Shown in pieces: positions 1-12,641 of a stretch of DNA of 50,567 bases. The stretch spans positions 67,974,162 through 68,024,728 of the forward strand of contig NC_068982.1 in NCBI RefSeq assembly GCF_001194135.2, in the 5' to 3' direction. Within the stretch, counting starts at the first letter, position 1; every line of letters starts with the position of its first letter. The DNA comes from Octopus bimaculoides. Its lineage: Eukaryota. The translations under genes and the position numbers were made by a program. Below the pieces are notes generated by a model. It saw only the letters and a list, made by a program, of their open reading frames with translations, was not told where the DNA came from and made no database searches.

Positions 1-38
<38 letters not shown>
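1..38. repeat. (TG)n microsatellite
   Basis: Pure TG run at the window start. Confidence 0.95.
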
Positions 39-41
<3 letters not shown>

Positions 42-228
42 CTATATCTATCAGGGCAGCAGGCAATAGATGTATCTGTACAGTTTTTTTTTTTTTTATC
101 TTTGTCTCCTATTTAAAATAACAAATTAAATGTAATATTATGATATATTGCTCATTACCCACAATGACAACAACAACAATATTTGACTTTGAAATGTGGA
201 TAAACAAGTAAAATACATCACAAACAAT

Positions 229-381
229 ATGTCCCTGCTAGCGGACCGCTGGAAGGAGTGCATTGAAAAACAAGGAGACTATATCGAAAACTGATATAAT
301 TGTTCAACCCTGCTTTTGTTCCAATTAATTTCAGTAACAAGAGTGTGTATAGATTTTAACTTAACCGCATATAACAGTAAA
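229..381 (+). mobile_element. mariner transposase C-terminal remnant and 3' end
   Basis: 229-294 translates MSLLADRWKECIEKQGDYIEN*, matching the mariner C-terminal pattern L..RW..CI...GDY.E; an AT-rich tail follows. Confidence 0.6.
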
Positions 382-1049
382 GGAAACAGTTGTAGAATTA
401 TCTCCCTTGAAACATCGGAGTAGTTATTTCCCTTACATTAGAAACTTGTTTGGATAATGTTAAAGGCTATATTTTGCTTACCTCCCATTTACTGATCGTC
501 TTTTCTAAAAAAAAAAAAATCCCTGTTTGATAAAATACTAGATGAGAATCTCAAATTTTTACATAGATCACATAAACGAAAAAAGAAATTTTTTAAATTG
601 TTGTCTTTATTTTAGAACCCTCTGAAGAAATATACGGTATTTTTTACCTTTATTGATAGTTCATAATATTTTAGAAAGAGAGGTAAGTGCATTAGAGGTA
701 ATGTAAGAAAACAATATTACATATTACACCATTGAGCATATAAATTTCATTTTATAAGATAAATAAAGGAAGAAGTATTATGTGTCCATGACTCTTGTAG
801 ATTCTTGGCAACTGGTTCGTAACAATAGGGAAAAATGTGAGCGAGTAGAGAATTCAAAATAATTTTCTTGAATGAAGAGTTTGGTCTGCCGTTTGAGGGG
901 CTCCAAGCAAAGGCAAAGCAGGACAGTGCACGAGTTCGTGTTTGCAGGCGCTTGTGTTCTCAATGCAGGCTCATTGTCACAAATGCATCAATGGTGCTCC
1001 TCAGACAGCAAGGATTTCGGTTTTACTATCAACCGTTAAAAAACGAAGT

Positions 1050-1400
1050 CATGTACCAACCATTTGCTCATAAGGAATACGTGATATCTAAAATCACTTT
1101 AAGAATCAAGCACTATAACAGTTGGTAGTTTCACTTACTTTGAAATTATTCTTTCAAGAATAGCCCACACCGACGATGAAGCAGAAAGGCCAAAGTTAGT
1201 AGAACCCTCACTGTACTTCGTAAGAACGTTTTAGTGAGGGTTTCATCTACCAAACTAAGTTGGAAATGTACATGACATTATTTTTAGCAGACACACCAAA
1301 AGCTCAATGAATTCCTCTTGAACCTCCAAAGCAAAACGTTGCACCTTTTCTAACAGCACAAACCCTCAGACGTTTAGATTCTAGATCATGTATTCTTACC
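1050..1400 (-). mobile_element. possible hAT (Charlie-like) transposase C-terminal remnant
   Basis: Minus strand near 1300-1345 reads VQRFALEVQEEFIEL and then VRVLL, resembling the hAT dimerisation region. Heavily frameshifted. Confidence 0.3.
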
Positions 1401-2379
1401 CCAATATTCATATTTCTCCTATGCAAATGACGATCATGTTATATCACCAGAACAAACGCATTGCAAAATATTTTTGCTACAGTGAACATGTAGAAGGAAA
1501 TGTTCGGTTGCTGAACAGCACAAACGAACGTTATGAAAGACTTCAGTGTCTTATTAATTCAAAAAAAAATTTTTTTATCTATTGTATTGGTTAATATATG
1601 ACATGTTTCAACTGTCTAATTATATCTGTATTAATTATACTGCTCCAACGATAGATCATTTGATGACGAAATTGTCATAATTAGATTCAATCAATTCACC
1701 AGCGTCATTCAAGGGCCACCACTTGTATCAGTACCTCTGAAATTCCTCATCTTAGCTATACTTTAATCGAACTGATAAGAAATTAATTAGATATGTTGTT
1801 ATTTTTAGGCGAGAGGCATTATTAGTAAGATATATAAAAACTTTGAACTATTCAAGTGTAAGAGGGAAACGATTTAATTGATCCTGGATTAATATGAGAT
1901 AAAGTAGACCCCAAGCGAGTATTCAACACAGAATGTGAAGAAATGAAAACAATTTTAAATCAGATTTTAGTTCGCTGAACCATCATTATTACTTGTCTTT
2001 GTCTATCGTACTAAGAAACGATTTCATAGTATCTTTCGCTCACAAACTACTAGAGAAGTGGGAGTTTAGCTCTGGAAAGTATAACTAAGGTTAGGTTTCC
2101 ATCATATACGCGCAAACGCGTTGTTTTGTTGCTTTTGTTTTTTTTTTCTCTACAATTGAGTCTGCTTCTCTGAAGTTACTTTTTTCTTTTTCTTTTTTTC
2201 CCCCTTTTTTTTTTGTTAATCGATTTTGTGTCAAACAAGCCTTGAGACCGCTGTAGCGTAAGGACTACAACGAAGGAAAAGAAGGGCATACTAATTCAAA
2301 ATATGTCGATAGACAGAAAGTTTAAAGGACTGAATATCACAGTCTAGAGAAGAGGAAGATAATGCTAATGAATTCTAAA

Positions 2380-2960
2380 GAGCACAAGTCTGAGGAAACA
2401 AGTTATTAGAGTAAGAAGATATATGACTAACAGGAAGCTCAACAAAGAAACTATGCGCCTGGACAGAGAAGTAAGTGTCATGTTTAAAGGTTTTGACAGA
2501 AGGTACGAGACCAAGAAGTTCATCAAAGCAATGACCATAGAAATACGTGTGGAATGGACACAATGAAGATGTATTTCGACGATGAGCCAAAGACTCCAAC
2601 CTAGTAAAAAGAAGAGGACCAACCATGTTAACAACTGGATTCTGAATTCGATCAAGCAAGTTAAGACACTCAGAGGAGGCAACAGCCAAAAGATGATAGG
2701 AATATTTAATTCAAGGTTGAATGGTGGCCTTATAGAGATACAAGATACTCTCAAACGTAAGAAATTTTCGAGCACGGAAAAATCTAAACACTTTGATAGC
2801 CGACATGGCAATGGACTGAACATATTTGTTCCAAGAGAGATTCTTGGTCAAAATGCCTCTGCCCAAACCCACCCGATGCAAATTCTTGTCTTCCTCTCCC
2901 CACATATTCTGTATCCTACACATCAATCATCAATATTATTATTATTATTGCTGTTGTTGT
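2380..2960 (+). mobile_element. possible decayed LINE 3' fragment
   Basis: Frameshifted pieces WNGH, KRRGP and TWI..IKQ resemble the RTE-type C-terminal W.GH...KR.RGRP..W motif; the region ends in an (ATT)n tail. Confidence 0.25.
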
Positions 2961-3333
2961 TGTTATTTGTGAACTGTTGCTTTTGTAACCCAGCTCGCCA
3001 CAAGCAGGGCTAGCACGGTAACATAAAATTTGCCCTCACGGGCGAATTCTGAGTTTTGGTAACTCAAACTTTTGTATTTTAAATAAAATATCTAAATAAA
3101 ACTTACAATATAGCCACGAAAGTCGTGGGCGTGGAGAATTCTAGCAGTTTTTTCGAAATTTCCTTCCCCCACTATCAAATATGGTTGAGGGTGGGGAGGA
3201 AGAGTAGCAGCAATACCAACACCATCAACAACGACAACAGCACACCATGAACAGAGACGGAGGCATGAGGTGGGAAGCGAAGGAGAACACTAACATCTCT
3301 ACCGCAACTGCCTTCACGAGTACCAACCAAAAT

Positions 3334-3641
3334 CAGTGGCGGACTGGCCAGGTTACCAGCTTTCCCGATGGCAAATGTGCCCCTGCACCATTAGAATCTA
3401 TATATGGGGGCTCATGTTAGTATCTAGGGCCCATCCCCTCAATTTTGAGAATTTTTTATTCACTCCTGGAAGAATGCATTAATTATTTCAGCCTGGCTGT
3501 GTTTGTTGACAGTTGAAAAGAATACTTTTAACAAAAAAAATTTAAATGATAACATTGTAGTTGCGTGTGGAGAAGTTGTAGTTGCGGGTGGGCCCCATTA
3601 GTTTCCTGGCAACCAATATCTTTAGACCCAGTCCGCCACTA
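3334..3641. mobile_element. hAT-type MITE, 308 bp
   Basis: TIRs CAGTGGCGGACTGG (3334) and CCAGTCCGCCACTA (ends 3641); perfect 8-bp TSD ACCAAAAT at 3326-3333 and 3642-3649. Confidence 0.9.
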
Positions 3642-3699
3642 ACCAAAATAACATAAATAAGCAGGAAGGTGAAGGGAGGGAAAAATGAATTCTTTCATA

Positions 3700-5378
3700 C
3701 GTCAAACAATTAAGGCTAGGATTAGGAGAAGCAAGGAGAAACAATTATTAAAACAACAACGTTGTCTGCTTCTTCTAAGCAAACAATAAGTGGATTTGCA
3801 GAAATCTGCCACAGGATGAAAGAGATGAAATTTCTAGGAACTGCCTTGACTAGAGCAAAAATGCATCTGACAAGAAATGGCAGGACGGTCCACCTGAATA
3901 CGCCAGAGGAGGTGCAGGAAGAGACACGGAGGAGGACTACAATATACAGATGTATATCCTTAGATACGCAAGATAGAAAGATCCATGCAGGCTCAGGTTC
4001 AAAAACACCTGAGACCTGTATGGAATATAAAAATTTACATTGCACGTGGCAAAAAGTACGGTACAGTAGAGGTGAGCTTTTGATCAGAACAACTGGCCAA
4101 AGAAAATGCAACAACAACGCTGAAGACCGAGGAATTACATATGATTCCGATGTACCTCGGACGAATAGTTGTCTGAGTGAAAGTTGCACAAGTGCCGCCA
4201 GAAGTGGACATCTCCTTCCTGGCAGCGGCTGTGTTGTACGGAATAGAAGAGAAATGTAAAATCCTTGAAATACGAAGACACAAAACAGAAACCTGATACG
4301 GGACTGGAATGGAAATCCGAGGGTATGCGGATTTTGCGACTGCACAAGAGATCCCTGATCTCATCGAGCTGCCAAGAGGGTCAAAGTTATTTGTAGCGGT
4401 AGAGGGCAGAAAGCCTAGATGCCACAAACAAACCACTTAAAGGCTTTCTGCCCTAGACAACCAAAAGAGAAAACCGCACTGCTGCAGACACCTCCAACAC
4501 AACAACAACAGACAGAGCAGCACCAGTGAAAGCAGGTGAATGCAGCAGCAGGAATAACCTCGACATCCACAACGGCAGCAATAGCAGCAACAACACCACC
4601 ACTACCAACAACAACAGCGTCAGAAACACACAAAACAAAACAACAACCTCAAATGACCAAAAGCAGCCCCAGGACGTCGTCCCCACCCCCGCCTCTTCGG
4701 ACCAATCAGACATGTCCTGCATTGAGGAGGGGAACGAGCCGAAATGGCAAACAGTCAGCAAGCCAAAACGAGGAAAAAGGAATAGAAGTAGATAGGATTT
4801 TCTGTAGGTCTGTAGACAGGAATAGTATAGGCTGTCTACTCTTCAAAGTCGTCGCCTCCACAGACCACAAATTTGTGATCTCTATGGTAGACTTGGGCTA
4901 TGTAGGCGTCACTCCCGGCGTGCCAAGTTACAGAGTCCAGATTAGTGAATTAGTTAAGCGAGCATTAACGGGGTCAATACTTAACAATAAATGGTGTTCG
5001 ATTAGGTTTAGCAAGGCACTAGCAATAGGAAAAATCAAAAAGAAGGAAAGCTAGTTAGGAGCTTAGAAGAGGCGCTTAGGAGAGGCATTGCAACCGACGT
5101 GCAGGCGGCGAGGTTGGTCCTCGACCATTTCTTCAACGCTAAGCATGAAGAATGCATTGTCAGAGCTCGTGTTCTAACAAACGAAAGAATTAAAGCCGCT
5201 TGATGGGCCCGAATGGTAGAGGCTCAACGTAGCAACAAAGTCACAATTCGGTCTTTGGCGGATCCAGATGGGCGTACCATACGTGAGCCCGAGCGAATGT
5301 GTGCGGCATTTCAGCGGCATTTCGCCCAACTGTTTGAGACGAGTGGCGATCCAGAACGCAGTCCTCTCTAGAACGTCT
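3700..5378 (+). mobile_element. decayed L1/Tx1-clade LINE (ORF1 plus fragment of ORF2)
   Basis: ORF1-like frames RRTTIYRCISL..., IPDLIELPRGSKLFVAVEGRKPRC..HLKAFCP (broken CCHC knuckle about 4400-4455), Q/T linker, KWQTVSKPKRGKR. ORF2 end-of-endonuclease DRIF...STDHKFV and linker RAR...TIRSLADPDGRTI...AFQRHFAQLF. Truncated by a SINE tail before the RT domain. Confidence 0.75.
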
Positions 5379-5446
5379 AGTCCTCTCTCCAAAATTTCAG
5401 GCCTTGTGCCTATAGTAGAAAGGATTATTAATATAATTTTTAACAA

Positions 5447-5680
5447 GGCGGTGAGATGGTAGAATCGTTAGCATGCCTGCAAAATGCTTAACGGTATTTC
5501 GTCTGCTGCTACGTCCTGAGTTCAAATTCCGCCAAGGTCGACTTTGCCTTTAATCCTTTTGGAGTCGATTAAATAGGTAGCAGTTATACACTGGGGTCAA
5601 TGTAATCGACTTAATCCCTTCCCCCAAATTTGAGACCTTGTGCTTCCAGTAGAAAGGATTATTATTATTATTATTATTAA
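5447..5680 (+). mobile_element. tRNA-derived SINE family A (preceded by the 3' tail of another copy, about 5380-5430)
   Basis: A-box TGGTAGAATCG, B-box GAGTTCAAATTCC, body GTCGACTTTGCCTTT...GTAATCGAC, (ATT)n tail; shared with more than 8 other copies. Confidence 0.85.
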
Positions 5681-6512
5681 CACTTACATACATACATACA
5701 TACATATATANNNNNNNNNNNNNNNNNNNNNNNNNNNNNNNNNNNNNNNNNNNNNNNNNNNNNNNNNNNNNNNNNNNNNNNNNNNNNNNNNNNNNNNNNN
5801 NNNNNNNNNNNNNNNNNNNNNNATGTACGTAAGGATAAGTCAAATTTCTGACCGAGTAGCATCCCTCATCCTTCCAAACAGGAGACAGAATTTTTAATAT
5901 CTAGTTAAAACACAACTTAACACAACACCTATAAAGTGACACACGTTGGCAAGGCAGAAAACGTGAATCTGCTACATTCCATCGCTAAATACATAATAAC
6001 CAAATCGTTTAGTAAAACCATTAATTTCCACCTTTTTAACATTTCTAAAAGAAGTTTTTTTTTGTTTGTTTGTTTGGTATTTAAATCTACCGTGACAGAA
6101 CGTTAAAGGACATTTTAACACTTTTTCAGTTATCTGATCGTTTGTACTTCTAAAGAAAGCAATCATGCAGAAAAGACGATAAAGAACGTATTTTATATAA
6201 ACAACTGAAAATTCACAGTTGACTTATTCTGCTAAGTTTTAACGAAACAAGTATGTCTCGTTAATTCAGACAAAACACAAAAACAAGTAGAAGATTAGGT
6301 ATATGTAAATTACATAATATGGGGAAATATTTATAGAAATCTCATTCATTATGAGGTATCTGGACTGAACGCAGGTGATACTAAAAGTGTGTGGTAGAGA
6401 GTTAATGAGTTTATACATGTATTAGGCACAGGTGTGGCTCTGTAGTAAGAAGCTTGATTCCCAACCATATGGTTCCGGGTTAAGTCCCACTGGGTGACAC
6501 CTTGAGCAAGTG

Positions 6513-8103
6513 CAGCGGCGGCTCGTAGATAAAATTAGTCGGAGTGCTACTTCAGAAAATTTTTAGCCATTCTTTTAATCAGTACATATTGTAATGCTGA
6601 GTTTGTGTGTGTGTGTGTGTGTGTGTNNNNNNNNNNNNNNNNNNNNNNNNNNNNNNNNNNNNNNNNNNNNNNNNNNNNNNNNNNNNNNNNNNNNNNNNNN
6701 NNNNNNNNNNNNNNNNNNNNNNNNNNNNNNNNNNNNNNNNNNNNNNNNNNNNNNNNNNNNNNNNNNNNNNNNNNNNNNNNNNNNNNNNNNNNNNNNNNNN
6801 NNNNNNNNNNNNNNNNNNNNNNNNNNNNNNNNNNNNNNNNNNNNNNNNNNNNNNNNNNNNNNNNNNNNNNNNNNNNNNNNNNNNNNNNNNNNNNNNNNNN
6901 NNNNNNNNNNNNNNNNNNNNNNNNNNNNNNNNNNNNNNNNNNNNNNNNNNNNNNNNNNNNNNNNNNNNNNNNNNNNNNNNNNNNNNNNNNNNNNNNNNNN
7001 NNNNNNNNNNNNNNNNNNNNNNNNNNNNNNNNNNNNNNNNNNNNNNNNNNNNNNNNNNNNNNNNNNNNNNNNNNNNNNNNNNNNNNNNNNNNNNNNNNNN
7101 NNNNNNNNNNNNGCAAACATGAGTTAAGTCCCCTTCTAGCGACAGAGAGAGAGAAAGACAACAGATTTTTAAAATTTCGTCTTTTTAGTGAGTGATACAC
7201 AATATAAACGATATTTTCCGTTTCTCCACAACTAATTTCCAAATTTTCTGAATCCGTTGCTCTACTCATAGCGAGTAGACACGCTCCTTTGCAAACGATC
7301 AGCTATTATTTTGTAAACAATATTACGAACCTGTTCATGTTTTCGAAAGGATAGATCTGACTCTCACATCTCTGCGAGAGAAGATAGCCCTCTCTATTCC
7401 TCTTACAAAACTTAAGTCCGGGTACCAAATTTGCCTCAATTGATGGTATTACTCAGGTAATCTTAATTTCATCCCGTGCGAAGCCGGGCTATAGTGCTAG
7501 TATTACGTAAAAGGAAACTAACATATAAAAAGAAAATTTACACATAAGCTTGATCGGTTCGTGTTTTAGCCACTGCCGGGTAGTGTGTTTAATTTGTTCA
7601 CTGAACACCGCCGTGAATTCCCTCTTGTTTTTCAAAAATCTCCCCTAAATCACAAAATAGTGGTAAGGATGGGGAATGTTCCCTATTTTTCAAATCCTGG
7701 CAGCAACACTGAAGCTGGAAGCAGGATAATAATCTAATTCGACACGTTTTTAAGCACAACACACGCGGAGTCAAAAAGAAACACTCCCTCTCACCGGCAT
7801 TGCGTGAACGACAGTGCTCTCTCTCCCTAACGTGAAGCTTCCTATCTCGGACATGTAAGCATGCACACAACAGCCAAACAACGCGTCGCTGGAATTGTGA
7901 AGCGCACAGTTCTATACAAGGACTTTTGTATTTTTTCATAAACTGGGAAATGGCTACTGACATTAAGCTTAAGTATTATATAATGTACAAGTATAAAGAA
8001 AGAATTAAAGAAAAAAGGACTCATTATATTGAATGTTATCGATAATATCGAGTGGAAATAGGGGTGCTGTAGTTTTGTAGTGCCTATACACGAGCTGCCA
8101 CTG
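6513..8103. mobile_element. non-autonomous hAT element
   Basis: Imperfect 14-bp TIRs CAGCGGCGGCTCGT (6513) and ACGAGCTGCCACTG (8090-8103); 8-bp TSD AGCAAGTG at 6505-6512 and 8104-8111. Confidence 0.85.
7113..7500 (+). mobile_element. Helitron 3' portion (5' end presumably in the gap)
   Basis: Hairpin CCCG-TGCGAAGC-CGGG at 7473-7488, then CTAG at 7497-7500 followed by T, the canonical Helitron terminus. Confidence 0.65.
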
Positions 8104-8654
8104 AGCAAGTGTCTTCTACTATAGCCTCAGGTTGACCAAAGCCTTGAGTAGGTTTGGTAGACAGAAACTGAAAGAAGCCCGACGTGTATGTGTGTGTGTG
8201 TGCGTGTGNNNNNNNNNNNNNNNNNNNNNNNNNNNNNNNNNNNNNNNNNNNNNNNNNNNNNNNNNNNNNNNNNNNNNNNNNNNNNNNNNNNNNNNNNNNN
8301 NNNNNNNNNNNNNNNNNNNNNNNNNNNNNNNNNNNNNNNNNNNNNNNNNNNNNNNNNNNNNNNNNNNNNNNNNNNNNNNNNNNNNNNNNNNNNNNNNNNN
8401 NNNNNNNNNNNNNNNNNNNNNNNNNNNNNNNNNNNNNNNNNNNNNNNNNNNNNNNNNNNNNNNNNNNNNNNNNNNNNNNNNNNNNNNNNNNNNNNNNNNN
8501 NNNNNNNNNNNNNNNNNNNNNNNNNNNNNNNNNNNNNNNNNNNNNNNNNNNNNNNNNNNNNNNNNNNNNNNNNNNNNNNNNNNNNNNNNNNNNNNNNNNN
8601 NNNNNNNNNNNNNNNNNNNNNNNNNNNNNNNNNNNNNNNNNNNNNNNNNNNNNN

Positions 8655-8685
<31 letters not shown>

Positions 8686-8694
8686 CGACTATGA

Positions 8695-8950
8695 GTGAGC
8701 ATGGTCAGTGGTTAGGGTGTTGTACTCACGATCGCAAGATCGTGGTTTTAATTTATGGACCGGCTGCTCTGTTGTGTTCCTGAACAAAACACTTCATCTC
8801 ACGTTGCCTAGGATTTACTTTGTCAATTGCCGTGTGGCACACTATGCACTTGTTCGAGTAATATCGATTCGAAGGAGGAGGTTAAAGTTCAGCACAAACA
8901 TTTGATCACGCTATAAACAAAACAACCTTTGAGCAAGTTGTTTAGCAAGA
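8695..8950 (+). mobile_element. tRNA-derived SINE family D
   Basis: Head TGGTCAGTGGTTAGGGTGTTGTACTCACGATCGCAAGATCGTGGTTT; CACTTCATCTCACGTTGC body shared with 10249 and 25500. Confidence 0.6.
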
Positions 8951-9003
8951 ATTTGCAGAGCTGTCGAGAGAGAGAGAGAGAGACTAACATCAAATCAATC
9001 AAT

Positions 9004-9230
9004 GAGGTGGCGAGCTTAAGGTGGTGAGCTGGCAGAATCTTTAGCACGGCGAGCAAGATGAATAACGGCATTTCGTACGTTTTCACGTTCTCAGTTCAGA
9101 TTCCATCGAGATTTGCCTTTCATCTTTACGGGGACGATCAAGTACCAGTTAAATACTGGGTTTGACATAATCGACTTGCCCCCTTCCACCGGAATTGCAG
9201 GCCTTGAGCAAAAATTTGAAGCCAATATTG
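9004..9230 (+). mobile_element. SINE family A with duplicated head
   Basis: GAGGTGGCGAGCT followed by AAGGTGGTGAGCTGGCAGAATC; family A body. Confidence 0.8.
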
Positions 9231-9357
9231 TGACTGTTCTGTAAGGTGGGAGTCAAAGTCTGTTTCTTTAACAGCGTTCACAAGGGGTCTGATCAAATCT
9301 CAGACTGTTCAGATAGTTTTAGAAGATTGGGAAAGGAGAGATTGAGATTGCAACGTA

Positions 9358-9495
<138 letters not shown>

Positions 9496-10248
9496 GAGTG
9501 TCCGAGACAACGGGCATCACATTTGTAGGAAGTGAATTAAAGTTGTATTAATGATAATCAAAAATATTTGAGATGTGATGGTTTTGAATTGTACAGGGCT
9601 GTATGATTTTAAAAACACAGTTTATCTGATGTTTTGTGCTACTGTTTCTTAGATGTTGATTTCTGCAAGTAAACAGCGATGTCACCAATTTTTGAGTCAT
9701 TTCGGTCTATTGAAAGACAATTTAACTAAAGTTTATCTCAGCAAATCTGTTATTCACTCTATGACGTTTGAAGTCCAAAGCAATAAAGCCAACTTGTCTC
9801 TATAGTTATCATTGTTATGAAAGTTTAATAATAAAGATAGAGTTTCATATTGGAAACGAGGAAGATGATTATTTGAGCACAGATTATCAAAAGTTTTGGC
9901 TGTATTTACGTACTTTCAGAGGTACATAATCCGAAATAAGCATTGGAAACAAACAAAATTGTTGGAATCCACTAGCCTTTAATTCCAATGGAACGGAAAT
10001 CAAAATAAAATCATGTTTCTTGATAAAGAGTTTCAAAATTCTCAGTTCATTTTACCACGACGAGAGAATGCCTGAAACTTACAGAAGTTTGAGAAGAGTC
10101 AAAACGGCAAAATTGACTGTATCGTGAGCAGATATTTTGGAGTACTTCCATTATTGCAATGTACGGTGGCAGACATACAACCTAATTCGAATTAAGATGA
10201 GATATCATTGGCTTTTTCGGGTTTTATTTTATTTTATGGTATTGGTTT

Positions 10249-10410
10249 GGAGGCGCGCGATTTTATGCTTAAGGTGTTGGGATCATGACCAAAAGGTCAT
10301 TGGTTTGATTTCTGGACAGGGTGGCACGTTGTTTCCTTAAGCAGAGCACTTCATTTCACGTTGCTCTCTATTAATTAGCTGAAAATGAGTGCCAACTGAA
10401 TGCTAGGGCA
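10249..10410 (+). mobile_element. degraded SINE family D-like copy
   Basis: tRNA-like head and CACTTCATTTCACGTTGCTC body. Confidence 0.45.
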
Positions 10411-10492
10411 ACCCTCCTTTTCCTGTCACACTTTAAATGAACCGTTAGCAAATGTGAGAGGGTCGAGAGGGCGCCCATGTTTGCTCGTGACT

Positions 10493-10858
10493 TCTTGTTG
10501 TTGCTAGCACTCCGTCGCTTACGACGTCGAGGGTTTCAGTTGATCCGATCAACGGAACAGCCTGCTCGTGAAATTAACGTGCAAGTGGCTGAGCGCTCCA
10601 CAGACACGTGTACCCTTAACCTAGTTCTCGGGGATATTCAGCGTGACACAGTGTGACAAGACTGACCCTTTGGATTACAGGCACAACAGAAACAGGAAGT
10701 AAGAGTGAGAGAAAGTTGTGGTGAAAGAGTACAGCAAGGTTCGCCACCATCCCCTGTCGGAGCTCAATAGACACTCACAACACCCGGTCTGGGAATCGAA
10801 ACCACGATCCTATGACCGCAAGTCCTCTGCCCTAACCACTGGGCCATTGCGCCTCCAC
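10493..10858 (-). mobile_element. tRNA-derived SINE family C with 10-bp TSD
   Basis: Minus-strand head GTGGAGGCGCAATGGCCCAGTGGTTAGGG...GTTTCGATTCCC; TSD GCTCGTGACT at 10483-10492 and 10859-10868; body shared with 35802 and 46915. Confidence 0.9.
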
Positions 10859-11305
10859 GCTCGTGACTACATAGGCACCTAAATCAATTAACGAAAGCAT
10901 GATACATGCTAGCAAGTCTTACTCGTCTGCCAGCTACTACGGCTATGACTGGTATGGGGAAATAGATTGTGAGAACTTGACAACGTTGACACATTAATAT
11001 CCTGTCAGAACAGTTACAAGTCGACGGCTGCAGAAAAGGCAAATGCAGGTAAAACTAGGTAAACTGATTAAAGTGGCACCTTCAGAAGAGGACACGATGT
11101 GGGGATGACACGAGACCAGCCAGTTACGACATGACACAACACGTCTGTGGAGTGTGTTGATGAGCGATTTCATGTTTATCAGTCGGAAGTCCCTTTTCTG
11201 AGTGTGGTCTATGTCTATGTGTGTAGCAACGCCATGGCCCAAAATATCGGTCCAGAATTCTATTGACAATTTTACCGGAGACGTGTAGAGATTTAATAGT
11301 CTTTA

Positions 11306-11306
<1 letters not shown>

Positions 11307-11397
<91 letters not shown>

Positions 11398-11650
11398 ACA
11401 CTCACACACATACACACACACTCATACATACATACATACATACATACATACATAATACATACATACATACATACATATATATATATATACATACATACAT
11501 ACATACATACATACGTATGTACGTACGTACATACATACATGCATACATACATACATGCATACATACATACATACATACATACATACATACATACATACGT
11601 ATGTACGTACATACATTTACATAGATATACAAGCATACAGACATATATAC
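11307..11650. repeat. compound (CA)n/(TACA)n microsatellite
   Basis: Direct observation. Confidence 0.95.
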
Positions 11651-12343
11651 ACAGGCATACATAGCCATGAAGAGTTCGACTGAGTCATTTCAAGTTCCCT
11701 TTGGTTACATATATGTGTATATAATACACACACATGCGCATATATACAGGTTTTACATACATATATACATACAACCAAAAATACCCTGTTGTTGATGTTG
11801 AAATTCCAATGAAGGAGCCTTGGATCTAGGTTAGAAACCGGTTCTTTCTCTATTGGCAATACTTACATTCATACATACATACATACATACATACATACAT
11901 ACATACATTATATACTTAGGTACACATATTGCTTACATCTAAACCATAACCCTAACCTTGGTAACTAATTTATGTAGTAGAAAGAAACACGCACTTCTTT
12001 TGGGTCACTGAGCTAGGTTTATCCTTGTTGAATAAGTCATGCAAAATCTCAGACGAAATTATCAAATATTTGGCATGAGGTCAGGTTTTTGTTTAAAAGT
12101 TAAGCGTATGAACTTTTCAAAATATTTACTTTTATTTCTAGATTGCAAAAAAGAATATTGTTCCTGTTGAAAGGAGAATGAACCATCTACTGAGGCTTCC
12201 TTAGAAAGATAATGAAGCAGAAAAATTCTTATTTAGTTGTCTCCAGTTCATTATATATGCTCTAAAGCACATGCATACACACACTTCCTCCTTCATTTTC
12301 TCCCCCTCTCTCTCTCCCTCTTTCTCTCTCTCTCCTCAGTCTC

Positions 12344-12396
<53 letters not shown>

Positions 12397-12641
12397 TCAT
12401 ATAACCAAAAGCTACACTCACAAGAAACAACATGTATATTTTTGACGTTTCCTACAATTACTTGGAATACCATATCTGTTGGCATAAAAGACGCACGGGT
12501 ATATTAGACGCATCCCAGCTTCACATATTCAAGAGGAAAAAACATTTCTAGTGTATTAAAGCCTGTAATATTTAAAGCAATTTAGTAGAATATTACTGAA
12601 CTACCTTAGCTATAGCAGAAAACATTACAGTATAATAGTAA

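Larger units (their letters stand above)
6425..8208 (+). mobile_element. tRNA-derived SINE family B split by a hAT insertion (6425-6512 and 8104-8208)
   Basis: The head GGCACAGGTGTGGCT...GGGTTAAGTCCCAC...CTTGAGCAAGTG resumes as AGCAAGTGTCTTCTACTATAGCC, as in the intact copy at 34342. Confidence 0.85.

Noticed and set aside
616-688. Acceptor at about 615 and strong GAG|GTAAGT donor at about 682
   Set aside because: All three frames between them contain stops; micro-exon readings are unsupported.
868-1128. 86-aa plus-strand ORF
   Set aside because: No recognisable domain; it overlaps a probable transposon remnant on the opposite strand.
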